Part shown: one piece after another, positions 49,026-56,959 of the stretch | Position numbering within the stretch: position 1 is the stretch's first letter | Layout: each line of letters begins with the position of its first letter | Source of the DNA: Candidatus Latescibacterota bacterium | GTDB lineage: Bacteria > Latescibacterota > UBA2968 | Assembly: GCA_965222605.1 (NCBI GenBank) | Contig: OZ244960.1 | Location: 3,168,001-3,232,000, forward strand | Reading direction: 5' to 3' | Length of the DNA: 64,000 nucleotides | Notes under the pieces: model-generated | The model's input: the letters and a program-made list of their open reading frames with translations, nothing else | The model's database searches: none | Told to the model about the DNA's origin: nothing | Translations under genes and position numbers: made by a program

Positions 49026-49254
49026 TGATTTTGGTTGTCATTACTGTCGTAGTGCGCTCTCGATCTGCCGCATAACTCAAGCAGGCCAATATGTCCTCTT
49101 CCTGTAAATAGGGGAACTCGTTGAGAATTTCCTGATGCGTCATGCCAGATGCGAGATAATCAAGCACATCGTAAACAGTTATTCTCATCCCTCTGATGCA
49201 AGGCTTTCCGCCTCTCTTTCCGGGTTCAATGGTAATAATATCTTTGTAGTTCAT
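48997..49254 (-). CDS. DUF433 domain protein (putative antitoxin)
   Basis: ITIEPGKRGGKPCIRGMRITVYDVLDYLASGM...YAADRE. The C-terminus reads into the repeat. Confidence 0.9.
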   Translation of the reverse strand: MNYKDIITIEPGKRGGKPCIRGMRITVYDVLDYLASGMTHQEILNEFPYLQEEDILACLSYAADRERTTTVMTTKITGSRLKHAP

Positions 49255-49355
49255 GCGCACCTCTGTTTTCCTGCATACGCCACTAATTTAACGCGACCTC
49301 GCAAATAATCAAATTGTTCCAAGAGTTCTCCATAGCGCCCACTGAGAGATGTCTT

Positions 49356-49393
49356 GAAATGCGGTTGACAATATCGCGTCGTTACTACATTTT
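49356..49393 (+). repeat. Promoter-like direct repeat, copy 1
   Basis: GAAATGCGGTTGACAATATCGCGTCGTTACTACATTTT; 34 of 38 positions match 50427-50464. Confidence 0.8.
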
Positions 49394-49430
49394 TTAAATC
49401 TGATAATGTAGATATGATGGGAGATAGCGC

Positions 49431-49643
49431 GTGGAAAAATTGTCACGGATTACTTTCGATCCCGCTGTCATGGGTGGCAAGGCATGTATTCGGGGGCTAC
49501 GAGTGACAGTTGGAACTGTCGTAGGGCTTCTGGCTGCCGGTCGGTCACATGAGGAAATTCTGAAAGCCTATCCTTACCTTGAACGCGAGGATATCGATCA
49601 AGCTCTAGCCTATGCGCGAGTCGAAGAAATACCTTTGAGATGA
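49431..49643 (+). CDS. DUF433 domain protein (putative antitoxin)
   Basis: RITFDPAVMGGKACIRGLRVTVGTVVGLLAAG...YPYLEREDI. Confidence 0.9.
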   Translation: MEKLSRITFDPAVMGGKACIRGLRVTVGTVVGLLAAGRSHEEILKAYPYLEREDIDQALAYARVEEIPLR

Positions 49644-49663
49644 GCGGGCTAAGGAATCAAGCC

Positions 49664-49891
49664 ATGGTGTGCGATATATGTGGGAAAGTGGGCGTGCGTC
49701 AGCGTTGCGTTTCACGTAGTTATGGGAAAGGCGCGTCTCTTCTTGTTATCGAAGGTGTGCCTGTGATGAGTTGTTCCTATTGTGGCGAGAGCTATTTGAC
49801 AGCACAAACCCTGCATGAAGTTGATCGCATTAAGCGCGAGCGAGAAGGAATGGCGACTAAACGCATCGTAGCGGTCGCTGCATTTGCATAA
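49664..49891 (+). CDS. YgiT-type zinc finger protein (MqsA-like antitoxin)
   Basis: CDICG...LLVIEGVPVMSCSYCGESY. AAGGA RBS before ATG 49664. Confidence 0.85.
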   Translation: MVCDICGKVGVRQRCVSRSYGKGASLLVIEGVPVMSCSYCGESYLTAQTLHEVDRIKREREGMATKRIVAVAAFA

Positions 49892-49927
49892 CTCGCGGTG
49901 AGCTTCATTCAGACGTTAGAAGTAATA

Positions 49928-50113
49928 ATGAACGCCAAAGGGACGAAAAAGACGTTTGATGTGGTTAAGATAGTACGCCGGATTCGAGACGCGCACTATG
50001 AGCAACTCAAGGATAGAACGGTAAAAGAGCAGTTGGCATTCTACCAAAGCAAGTCTCATGCATTACGTAACGAATTAAAAAAGAAACTGCAAGGGCATTA
50101 TGAAGATGAATGA
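49928..50113 (+). CDS. Small basic hypothetical protein (antitoxin-like)
   Basis: KKTFDVVKIVRRIRD..YEQLK resembles small partners of PIN toxins (recalled pattern, not searched). Confidence 0.6.
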   Translation: MNAKGTKKTFDVVKIVRRIRDAHYEQLKDRTVKEQLAFYQSKSHALRNELKKKLQGHYEDE

Positions 50114-50288
50114 TCCCATTGTTTCGGAAGTCCGATCAGTACGCGACAAACACGCTGCTCAGTTCGGCTACAATCTCAAAGAGATATTTCGTGATATTAA
50201 GAAAAAACAAAAATCATCTGGTCGTAAATATGTGCAGTATCCATCCCGTGCGCCTGTTGTAACAACTGTCACAATTTCAAACCAGTAG
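50100..50288 (+). CDS. Small hypothetical protein (antitoxin-like)
   Basis: MNDPIVSEVRSVRDKHAAQFGYNLKEIFRDI resembles small partners of PIN toxins (recalled pattern, not searched). Confidence 0.65.
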   Translation: MKMNDPIVSEVRSVRDKHAAQFGYNLKEIFRDIKKKQKSSGRKYVQYPSRAPVVTTVTISNQ

Positions 50289-50306
50289 CGACAAAGGTAT
50301 ATCGAG

Positions 50307-50349
50307 ACAAAAGCGTACGTATTAAATATTGACACGTACGCTTTTTTGT
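50307..50349. promoter_or_regulatory. Inverted repeat with CGTACG cores overlapping TTGACA (operator-like or terminator)
   Basis: AAAAGCGTACGT-13 nt-ACGTACGCTTTT. Confidence 0.5.
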
Positions 50350-50426
50350 TTTCTTTGACTTTCACAGCTTATCGTGAAGCGGTCTATTTGATCGGGGGAA
50401 GTGATATGAAAACAATTACACCAACC

Positions 50427-50464
50427 GAAATACGGTTGACAATATCGCATCGTTGCTACACTTT
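50427..50464 (+). repeat. Promoter-like direct repeat, copy 2
   Basis: GAAATACGGTTGACAATATCGCATCGTTGCTACACTTT. Confidence 0.8.
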
Positions 50465-50506
50465 CTGTTTCTGAAGATCATGCAAATACCAGAAAAAGGA
50501 AAACAC

Positions 50507-51721
50507 ATGAAAATCAAATCCGTCGAAGTTGTTCTCATTGAACGACCAGATGCAAGTCAGACCACAACGGGTTCCGGCACGACGCTCGCTGCTTCAGCAG
50601 GTGCAGCCCCGAGGACAACGGGGTATCGAAAGGCGTGGCCCACGCAGATAGAGGTGGCCAATCCGATGTCTAAGTTCCCTCGTTTTAAGGCGCGTCGGCA
50701 GCTTTACGGTGCCAGGCAGTGGCCCAGATTCTCTGTCAAAGTGACTGCTGAAGACGGGACCTGGGGCCTCGGTACGTCGGCGGGACGCCCGGTTGCTATG
50801 GTGGTGGAAGATGCTTTCGCGCATATATTAGAAGGCGAAAATTGTCTGGCAATTGAAAAGTTGTGGGATATGATGTTTCGCGTGTCCAAATCTTTTGGGA
50901 CTGTGGGCATTGCCTCATTGGCGATCAGTGCCGTAGATCTGGCGCTGTGGGATTTGGCGGGCAAATTGCAGGGCAAGCCCGTTTATGAGCTTCTGGGCGG
51001 TCCGGCGCGCGACCGTTTGTTTGTGTATGCGACGGGTGATGATGTCGATTGGTACAAAGAGTTGGGATTTCGCGCTTTTAAGTTGCCCTGCCAATACGGT
51101 CCGGTGGATGGTTTGTGGGGATTAGGGGAAAACGAGAGGCGAATAGCCGAGGTCCGCGAGTTGATCGGCGATGATTGCGATCTCATGCTCGATTGTTATA
51201 TGGCTTTTGATGTGGAATATACAGTGCGTCTGGCCAATCGTCTGCGTCCTTATAATCTGCGCTGGATGGAAGAGTGCTTGATCCCCGAAGATGTTGGGGG
51301 GCATATTGAACTGAAAAAACGCCTGCCGTGGTTGACGCTTGCCAGTGGCGAGCATTTTTACACGCCTTATCCCTACCAGTTAATGATCGAAAATCGCTGT
51401 CTCGATATTCTCCAACCCGATATTCAGTGGGTGGGCGGTTTGACTGCTTGTGTCAAAATTTGTAATATGGCTGCCGCTGCGGGTCTGGAAGTTTGTTTGC
51501 ACGGCGGCGGGCGCGATGCGTACGGTCAGCATTTGAGCTGGGCAATGCCCAATACGCCCTGGTGCGAGTATTATATCGGTTCTGATCCGGGTGTACCGCT
51601 TGAAGAAGTGGCGCAACCCGGCGCGAGCGTGCCGCACAATAGCTATCTGGAGTTTGCGCCGACGGGTCCGGGGTTTGATCTGGGGATTGAAGAGGATTGG
51701 TTGGTGCCGTTTCAATTTTAG
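50507..51721 (+). CDS. Mandelate racemase/enolase superfamily acid-sugar dehydratase (L-rhamnonate dehydratase-like)
   Basis: VANPMSKFP, AISAVDLALWDL, LMLDCYMA, WMEE, SGEH and ILQPDI. Confidence 0.88.
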   Translation: MKIKSVEVVLIERPDASQTTTGSGTTLAASAGAAPRTTGYRKAWPTQIEVANPMSKFPRFKARRQLYGARQWPRFSVKVTAEDGTWGLGTSAGRPVAMVVEDAFAHILEGENCLAIEKLWDMMFRVSKSFGTVGIASLAISAVDLALWDLAGKLQGKPVYELLGGPARDRLFVYATGDDVDWYKELGFRAFKLPCQYGPVDGLWGLGENERRIAEVRELIGDDCDLMLDCYMAFDVEYTVRLANRLRPYNLRWMEECLIPEDVGGHIELKKRLPWLTLASGEHFYTPYPYQLMIENRCLDILQPDIQWVGGLTACVKICNMAAAAGLEVCLHGGGRDAYGQHLSWAMPNTPWCEYYIGSDPGVPLEEVAQPGASVPHNSYLEFAPTGPGFDLGIEEDWLVPFQF

Positions 51722-51739
51722 AAGACAAGAGGGACAAAA

Positions 51740-52573
51740 ATGGATAAAACAATTATTTCAGTGGCGGTTGTGGGATCGGGTCCTACGAAAGCGATGAATC
51801 CGGCTGTACCTTATACGCCAAAGGAAATTGCAGACGCGGCAATTGAATGCCATAAGGCGGGCGCGGCAATTACGCATATCCATGTGCGCGATCCCGAAAC
51901 GGGTATTGTGTGTTCGCGGCTCGAGCTTTTCAAAGAGGTCGTGGATCGGATTCGGCAAGCTTGCGATATTGCCATTAATTTGACGACGAGTGGGGGCAAT
52001 ATTAAAGGGGAAAATATTATTGAAGAACGGCTTGAGCCGGTTGCGCTGAAACCCGAGATTTGCTCTTTGGATATCGGCTCGGTGAATTTTGGCAATCGGG
52101 TGTTTATGAATCCACCCGAATGGAGTGTTGCCGCGGCAAAGCGCATGCGCGAGCATCGCGTTAAGCCCGAAATTGAGGTTTTTGATGCAGGCCATGTCCG
52201 TCAGGCGCGGCAGATGATTGAGGATGGGTTGTTCGAAGATCCCCCGTTTATCCAATTGTGTATGGGTCCTGGATGGGGTATTGAAGCCACACCTGAAAAT
52301 CTGATTTTTATGAAAAGTCTCTTGCCGCCCGATGTGCTCTGGTCCGCTCTGGGTGTGGGAAAAGGACAGTTGCCGATGATTACAATGGCTTTTCTCATGG
52401 GGGGGCATATACGGGTGGGTTTTGAAGATAATATTTATCTGCGGAGAGGTGTTTTGCTCAAGAGCAATGCACAGATGGTCGATCTCGCGGCGAGCATTGT
52501 GGAAAAACTTCAAGGCGAGATTGCCACGCCAAATGATGCTCGGGAGATGCTGGGGCTTACGTATCCGGGGTAA
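51740..52573 (+). CDS. Beta-keto acid cleavage enzyme (BKACE/DUF849)
   Basis: [22 protein letters not shown] and HIRVGFEDN. Confidence 0.92.
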   Translation: MDKTIISVAVVGSGPTKAMNPAVPYTPKEIADAAIECHKAGAAITHIHVRDPETGIVCSRLELFKEVVDRIRQACDIAINLTTSGGNIKGENIIEERLEPVALKPEICSLDIGSVNFGNRVFMNPPEWSVAAAKRMREHRVKPEIEVFDAGHVRQARQMIEDGLFEDPPFIQLCMGPGWGIEATPENLIFMKSLLPPDVLWSALGVGKGQLPMITMAFLMGGHIRVGFEDNIYLRRGVLLKSNAQMVDLAASIVEKLQGEIATPNDAREMLGLTYPG

Positions 52574-52598
52574 TTATTACGGAGTCTATGGATTTTTT

Positions 52599-53459
52599 AT
52601 GGAAAAACAGGTTGTCGATATTCTCACAGGTACAACTGAATGTGACGTTGATTGGCGCATGCTCAATATGAATGCCGAGTTGGTCGCATCCAGTTTGAGC
52701 CTCACGTTGAGGTCGGGTCTTCACATTCTGCGACCCTACTGGAGATCCAATGTCAATAGCGGCGATGGTGTTGCGCCGATCAATCATATTTTGAAATTTG
52801 AAACTTTCGGGCATCCCTGTTCTCTTCAGACAACACTGCGACAGGAATCTCAGATCCGCCTCGTTACAACGCGCAATGATGATCGAAGTCTCAAACGCTG
52901 TCATCTCGTTCTGATCTGCCAACTTTTTAAGGCGGATAATCTGGTTGGTCGGTCGGAGTTCTGGCTGGCGCTCACGCGGCCGCTTGCACCTCCTGATGAA
53001 CGCATGCCTTCCGATGTGCCGGAGGGGCTTAAATTTCTGAAGGAGCACGAACTGGGTGAAGATGATTTGCTCAGCCGGGATATCGAATCCTATCGCTGCG
53101 AGGGCAATGGTGAAAAGCTGACCCGCGACACGCAGCCGGTTGTTTTTCACATGGACCAATCAGATCAGTATCGGCACATTAACACCGTCAAGTACATGGA
53201 CCGGGTGCTCGATCTCCTGTCACTTCAATATCACAAAATGGGAGGCGATGTCGGGCGCTTGCGGTTTCACGAAATTGTGATTTATTTTCGCAAGCCCTTT
53301 GTGCCCGGGCAAGTCGCAGATACAGAACTCGATTTTGTTCAGCACGCGGATGGGTTTCACGGTGCTGCGCGGTTCTACCACTGCAATGGCGATGGTACGC
53401 GCAGCGAGCGCATTTCTATGGCTATGGAAACGCGCGGTCCTCTGGCGGATGACGTGTGA
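52599..53459 (+). CDS. Acyl-ACP/acyl-CoA thioesterase-like double hot-dog protein
   Basis: DQYRHINTVKY motif and IYFRKPFVPG. Confidence 0.65.
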   Translation: MEKQVVDILTGTTECDVDWRMLNMNAELVASSLSLTLRSGLHILRPYWRSNVNSGDGVAPINHILKFETFGHPCSLQTTLRQESQIRLVTTRNDDRSLKRCHLVLICQLFKADNLVGRSEFWLALTRPLAPPDERMPSDVPEGLKFLKEHELGEDDLLSRDIESYRCEGNGEKLTRDTQPVVFHMDQSDQYRHINTVKYMDRVLDLLSLQYHKMGGDVGRLRFHEIVIYFRKPFVPGQVADTELDFVQHADGFHGAARFYHCNGDGTRSERISMAMETRGPLADDV

Positions 53460-53460
53460 A

Positions 53461-54090
53461 TTATTTGGGAAGGTCTGCGAGATGGGCAATATCGTTGAGG
53501 GCTATGAAGGTGGGTTCGCCTCCGGGGTTGAGTTGAAGGTGTTGGATGGCGGCTGTGTGGCACGAGAACTGGGGTTTGTGCTCGTCTTCGGGCGTGTATC
53601 CCATGATCGCTTGTAGGCAGGCGACAATAGGTCGGACGTGTGTGATGCACGCAATTTGCTGATCGGGCGATTTGTTGACGAGTTGGCTCACGGCGCGGGC
53701 AACGCGGGTGTGCAGGTCGGCATAGGTTTCGCTGCCTGGAACGCGCGCTTCTTCGAGGGATTGCCCGCCAAAAAAGCCGGGATAATATTTTCGGACTTCT
53801 TCGTTAGAGAGTGTGGCGAGGTCGCCGCTTTCGAGTTCGCGCAGGTCATTTTCTACTTCGGGCACGATATGGAGCAAATCGCCTATCCATTCGGCTGTTT
53901 GGCGGGCGCATTTTTGGGGGCTTGTGTAGAGGCTGTGAATGTCAAAGTCGTTTCTGAGGCGTTCGCCAATGAGCAGGGCTTGCTGTTTGCCCCGATGTGC
54001 GAGGGGCATGTCGGCCCACCAGCCGTAAAGGTTTTCGCCGTCGCGTGTCCTGGCCTGTCCATGGCAGATTAGAATGAGGTCGGTTGGCAT
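53461..54090 (-). CDS. Histidine phosphatase family protein (RHG changed to CHG)
   Basis: LICHGQ, LYTSP..ARQTA, LRELESG, GSET and CITH. Confidence 0.8.
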   Translation of the reverse strand: MPTDLILICHGQARTRDGENLYGWWADMPLAHRGKQQALLIGERLRNDFDIHSLYTSPQKCARQTAEWIGDLLHIVPEVENDLRELESGDLATLSNEEVRKYYPGFFGGQSLEEARVPGSETYADLHTRVARAVSQLVNKSPDQQIACITHVRPIVACLQAIMGYTPEDEHKPQFSCHTAAIQHLQLNPGGEPTFIALNDIAHLADLPK

Positions 54091-54121
54091 GTGTGTTCCT
54101 TACTATTATCTGGGGGTGTTT

Positions 54122-54760
54122 ATGAAGTCAATGGTTGCGGTGTTTTTTTTCTCAATGGTCGCGATGTTTGGTCGGGCAGATGCACAGTTGGATGTCAAGA
54201 TAGGAGGGGGTGCTCTTTTGGATCCCACGCGCGCAGGCGGGCACCTGTCCATAGAGGTTCCTATTGGAGATCTGTATCCGACATATTTGGCGCCTTTTGT
54301 TGAATATTATCGAGGGACCACCACATTATCATCCGTGAATATCACTCTGGAAACGGATGTTTCAGAAATTCCAGCGGGTGTCAGTTTGATTTACAAAGCC
54401 CCTTTGTCCGATCGCTATGGTACGGTGTTTTTTGGGGTTGGCGGCGGGGTGTTGCACGCACGGGGATTTCCCGTGTTTATTCCAGTGGTTATTGTATTGG
54501 ATGACGGAACGCCGATTAATGTAATAGATCCAGAGACCGGAGAAGTTATAATGGAACCGTTGATAGATCCAGCGACCGGAGAATTAGCAACGGGAACCTC
54601 AACCGAGGCGTTGATTGCCGTAGCAGGTGGTATGCGGTTTGATGTTGCCGAGGGCATAGGCGCATTTGTGCAGGGCCGCTGGTTTCGCGCTTTTGCGTCT
54701 GGGTCAACAAATAATTTCGGCTTCCACGCAGGGCTGATGTTCTCTTTGGGTGAAAGATAG
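54122..54760 (+). CDS. Outer-membrane beta-barrel protein
   Basis: Signal peptide (ADA-Q), alternating amphipathic strands and C-terminal GFHAGLMFSL. Confidence 0.65.
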   Translation: MKSMVAVFFFSMVAMFGRADAQLDVKIGGGALLDPTRAGGHLSIEVPIGDLYPTYLAPFVEYYRGTTTLSSVNITLETDVSEIPAGVSLIYKAPLSDRYGTVFFGVGGGVLHARGFPVFIPVVIVLDDGTPINVIDPETGEVIMEPLIDPATGELATGTSTEALIAVAGGMRFDVAEGIGAFVQGRWFRAFASGSTNNFGFHAGLMFSLGER

Positions 54761-54787
54761 CTGGGTGAGCCAGAAGTTTATATCCAG

Positions 54788-54813
54788 GCCGGGGTTTATC
54801 CCCGGCTTTTTTT
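54788..54813 (+). terminator. Rho-independent terminator
   Basis: GCCGGGG-TTTAT-CCCCGGC followed by T7. Confidence 0.8.
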
Positions 54814-56314
54814 ATTTCACCGGTTGATGGCGCAGGAAATCGATCAATAAACGCACGCCAACGCCCGTGGCTCCGATGGGGGTGTCGGGCTTGGTGGAAT
54901 TTGTCGATGCGGTGCCGGCTATGTCGAGGTGTGCCCAGGGAAAGTTCTGGACATAGGCTTCGAGGAATGCGGCGGCGGTGAGTGCGCCTGCGGGCCGACC
55001 ACCTGAGTTTTTGAGGTCGGCCACATTGCTTTTGATGCGGTTTCTGTGGTCATCCAGAATGGGAAGATGCCAGGCAATTTCACCGGTGCGATTGCCCGCT
55101 TCGTGGATTTGAGCGATGAGGTCATTGTCGTTGCCCATCAAGCCACTGGCTTCGTTGCCGAGTGCGGTGACGCAGGCACCGGTTAGCGTGGCCAGGTCAA
55201 TGGCTGCTTTGGGCGCGTAGCGCGCACTATATGCGATGGCGTCGATGAGGGCGAGGCGGCCTTCGGCATCTGTGCTGTGAATTTCAACGGTTTTGGTACC
55301 GAGGGGATGCAAGATGTCGCCTGGGCGATATGCGCGACCATCGGGCATGTTTTCTGCGGCGGCAATCAGACCAATGACGCGGTGGGGAAGGTCGAGTTTT
55401 GCCACGGCTCGCATTGCGCCGATGACGGCTGCGGATCCACTCATGTCAAATTTCATGTTCCACATGCCGTCGCCACCTTTGAGGGATATGCCGCCCGTGT
55501 CAAAGGTTATGCCTTTGCCGATGAAGATGATGGGCGCGGCATTGGGATCGGCACCCGCGTGTTCCAGGATGACAAAACGAGGTGGTCGAGCACTTCCCTG
55601 TCCCACGGCGCTGAGGGCGCCCATGCCTTCGTTTGAGATGCGCTGTTCGTCAAAAATTTCACAGGAGAGACCTGTTTCACGGGCCATTTCTGAAGCGCGG
55701 TCGGCCAGTGTTGCCGGGGGCAAGTCGTTGCCGGGGGTGTTGCTCAGGTCTCGGGCAAAACACACGCTTTCGGCGATGATTTGCCCGGTATTCGCGCCTT
55801 TTTCGACATCGGTTTGTTTGGATGTGTCAAATTCGACGAGGGTAAAGGCGTCGAGACGTTTGGGATTGTCATTGTTTGTTTTGTAGTTGGTGAATTTGTA
55901 ATTGCCGAGAATGGCACCTTCAACGGTGGCCTGTGCAGCGTCTGAAACGTCGAGACCGCCTATGCCGCCGCCGTGGACGATGGAGGCGAGGGTCTTTGCG
56001 CCGAGTTTGATGGCTTCTCTGGTCGCAGATGCGGATGCGAGGCGCACCTGGTTGGGCGTGAAGTCTTCTCGTTTGCCCAGGCCAACGAGAATGAGGCGCG
56101 AGGCGGCCACGCCCTGGCGGGGATAGAGTACGGCGGTTTGGTTGCGTTTGCCGCTGAAGTCGCCGCCTGCGATGAGGTCGGCAATAAGCCCGTCCAGCGC
56201 GCGATTGGCTGCACCTGTTGCGCCGCCCGGTTCTGTGACGCCTTCAAAGAGGTTGAGCACGATGGCGTCTGTTGTACATTCGAGGATGTTGCCGATGGTG
56301 GTGGAGATGTTCAT
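54812..56314 (-). CDS. pepA: Leucyl aminopeptidase (M17)
   Basis: GKGITFDTGG, MKFDMSG, STDAEGRL, DLATLTGA and WAHLDIAG. Confidence 0.95.
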   Translation of the reverse strand: MNISTTIGNILECTTDAIVLNLFEGVTEPGGATGAANRALDGLIADLIAGGDFSGKRNQTAVLYPRQGVAASRLILVGLGKREDFTPNQVRLASASATREAIKLGAKTLASIVHGGGIGGLDVSDAAQATVEGAILGNYKFTNYKTNNDNPKRLDAFTLVEFDTSKQTDVEKGANTGQIIAESVCFARDLSNTPGNDLPPATLADRASEMARETGLSCEIFDEQRISNEGMGALSAVGQGSARPPRFVILEHAGADPNAAPIIFIGKGITFDTGGISLKGGDGMWNMKFDMSGSAAVIGAMRAVAKLDLPHRVIGLIAAAENMPDGRAYRPGDILHPLGTKTVEIHSTDAEGRLALIDAIAYSARYAPKAAIDLATLTGACVTALGNEASGLMGNDNDLIAQIHEAGNRTGEIAWHLPILDDHRNRIKSNVADLKNSGGRPAGALTAAAFLEAYVQNFPWAHLDIAGTASTNSTKPDTPIGATGVGVRLLIDFLRHQPVK

Positions 56315-56338
56315 GTGAGAATCCCTGCGTGTTAGGTC

Positions 56339-56959
56339 CTATAAGAGAAATGGGTTGATGCGTTTTTCGCGGTCTATGGTTGTGTCTGGCCCATGCCCGG
56401 GGTGAAGTCTTGTGTCGTTGGGGAGGGTGAGGATTTTGGTGTGGATCGAGTCCATTAGCGTTTGCAGATCTGCGCCCGCGAGATCGGTTCGGCCAATAGA
56501 GCCAGCGAAAACAGTGTCGCCAACAATGGCGTGGCCCGGCCAGGTGAGCGCGATGTTGCCGGGCGCGTGACCCGGTACATGGAGAATGTTCAGGGTTTCG
56601 AGGCCAAAGACAATGGTATCGCCTTCATCGATAAAACGGTTGATTTCGGGCGGTGGATCGGTTTGAAGGCCGAGAGGTGCGGCAATATCTATAAGTGCCT
56701 TGACCATAAACGCGTCGGCTTTGTGGATGGCGAATGGCGCGCCGGTTTTTTCTTTTAGGGATGTGACGCGCCCAATGTGGTCAAAGTGTCCGTGCGTGGC
56801 AATTATTTCGACGACTTTGATATTGTGGTCTTTGATGAGTTGAAGTATGGTGTCGATGTTATCGCCGGGATCTATTACAATGCCTTCGCGCGTTTTTTCG
56901 CAGGCGAGAATGTAGCAATTGACCTGGAGCGGACCGACGATGGTGGATATAAAGATCAC
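56339..56959 (-). CDS. MBL-fold metallo-hydrolase (YcbL/glyoxalase II-like)
   Basis: VGPLQVNCY, THGHFDH, PGHAPG, GSIGRTD and PGHG. GTG start overlaps the upstream stop. Confidence 0.9.
   Translation of the reverse strand: MIFISTIVGPLQVNCYILACEKTREGIVIDPGDNIDTILQLIKDHNIKVVEIIATHGHFDHIGRVTSLKEKTGAPFAIHKADAFMVKALIDIAAPLGLQTDPPPEINRFIDEGDTIVFGLETLNILHVPGHAPGNIALTWPGHAIVGDTVFAGSIGRTDLAGADLQTLMDSIHTKILTLPNDTRLHPGHGPDTTIDREKRINPFLL

Noticed and set aside
48569-50474. Active integron or prophage
   Set aside because: There is no integrase or phage gene, genes lie on both strands, and only one truncated attC-like site is visible.
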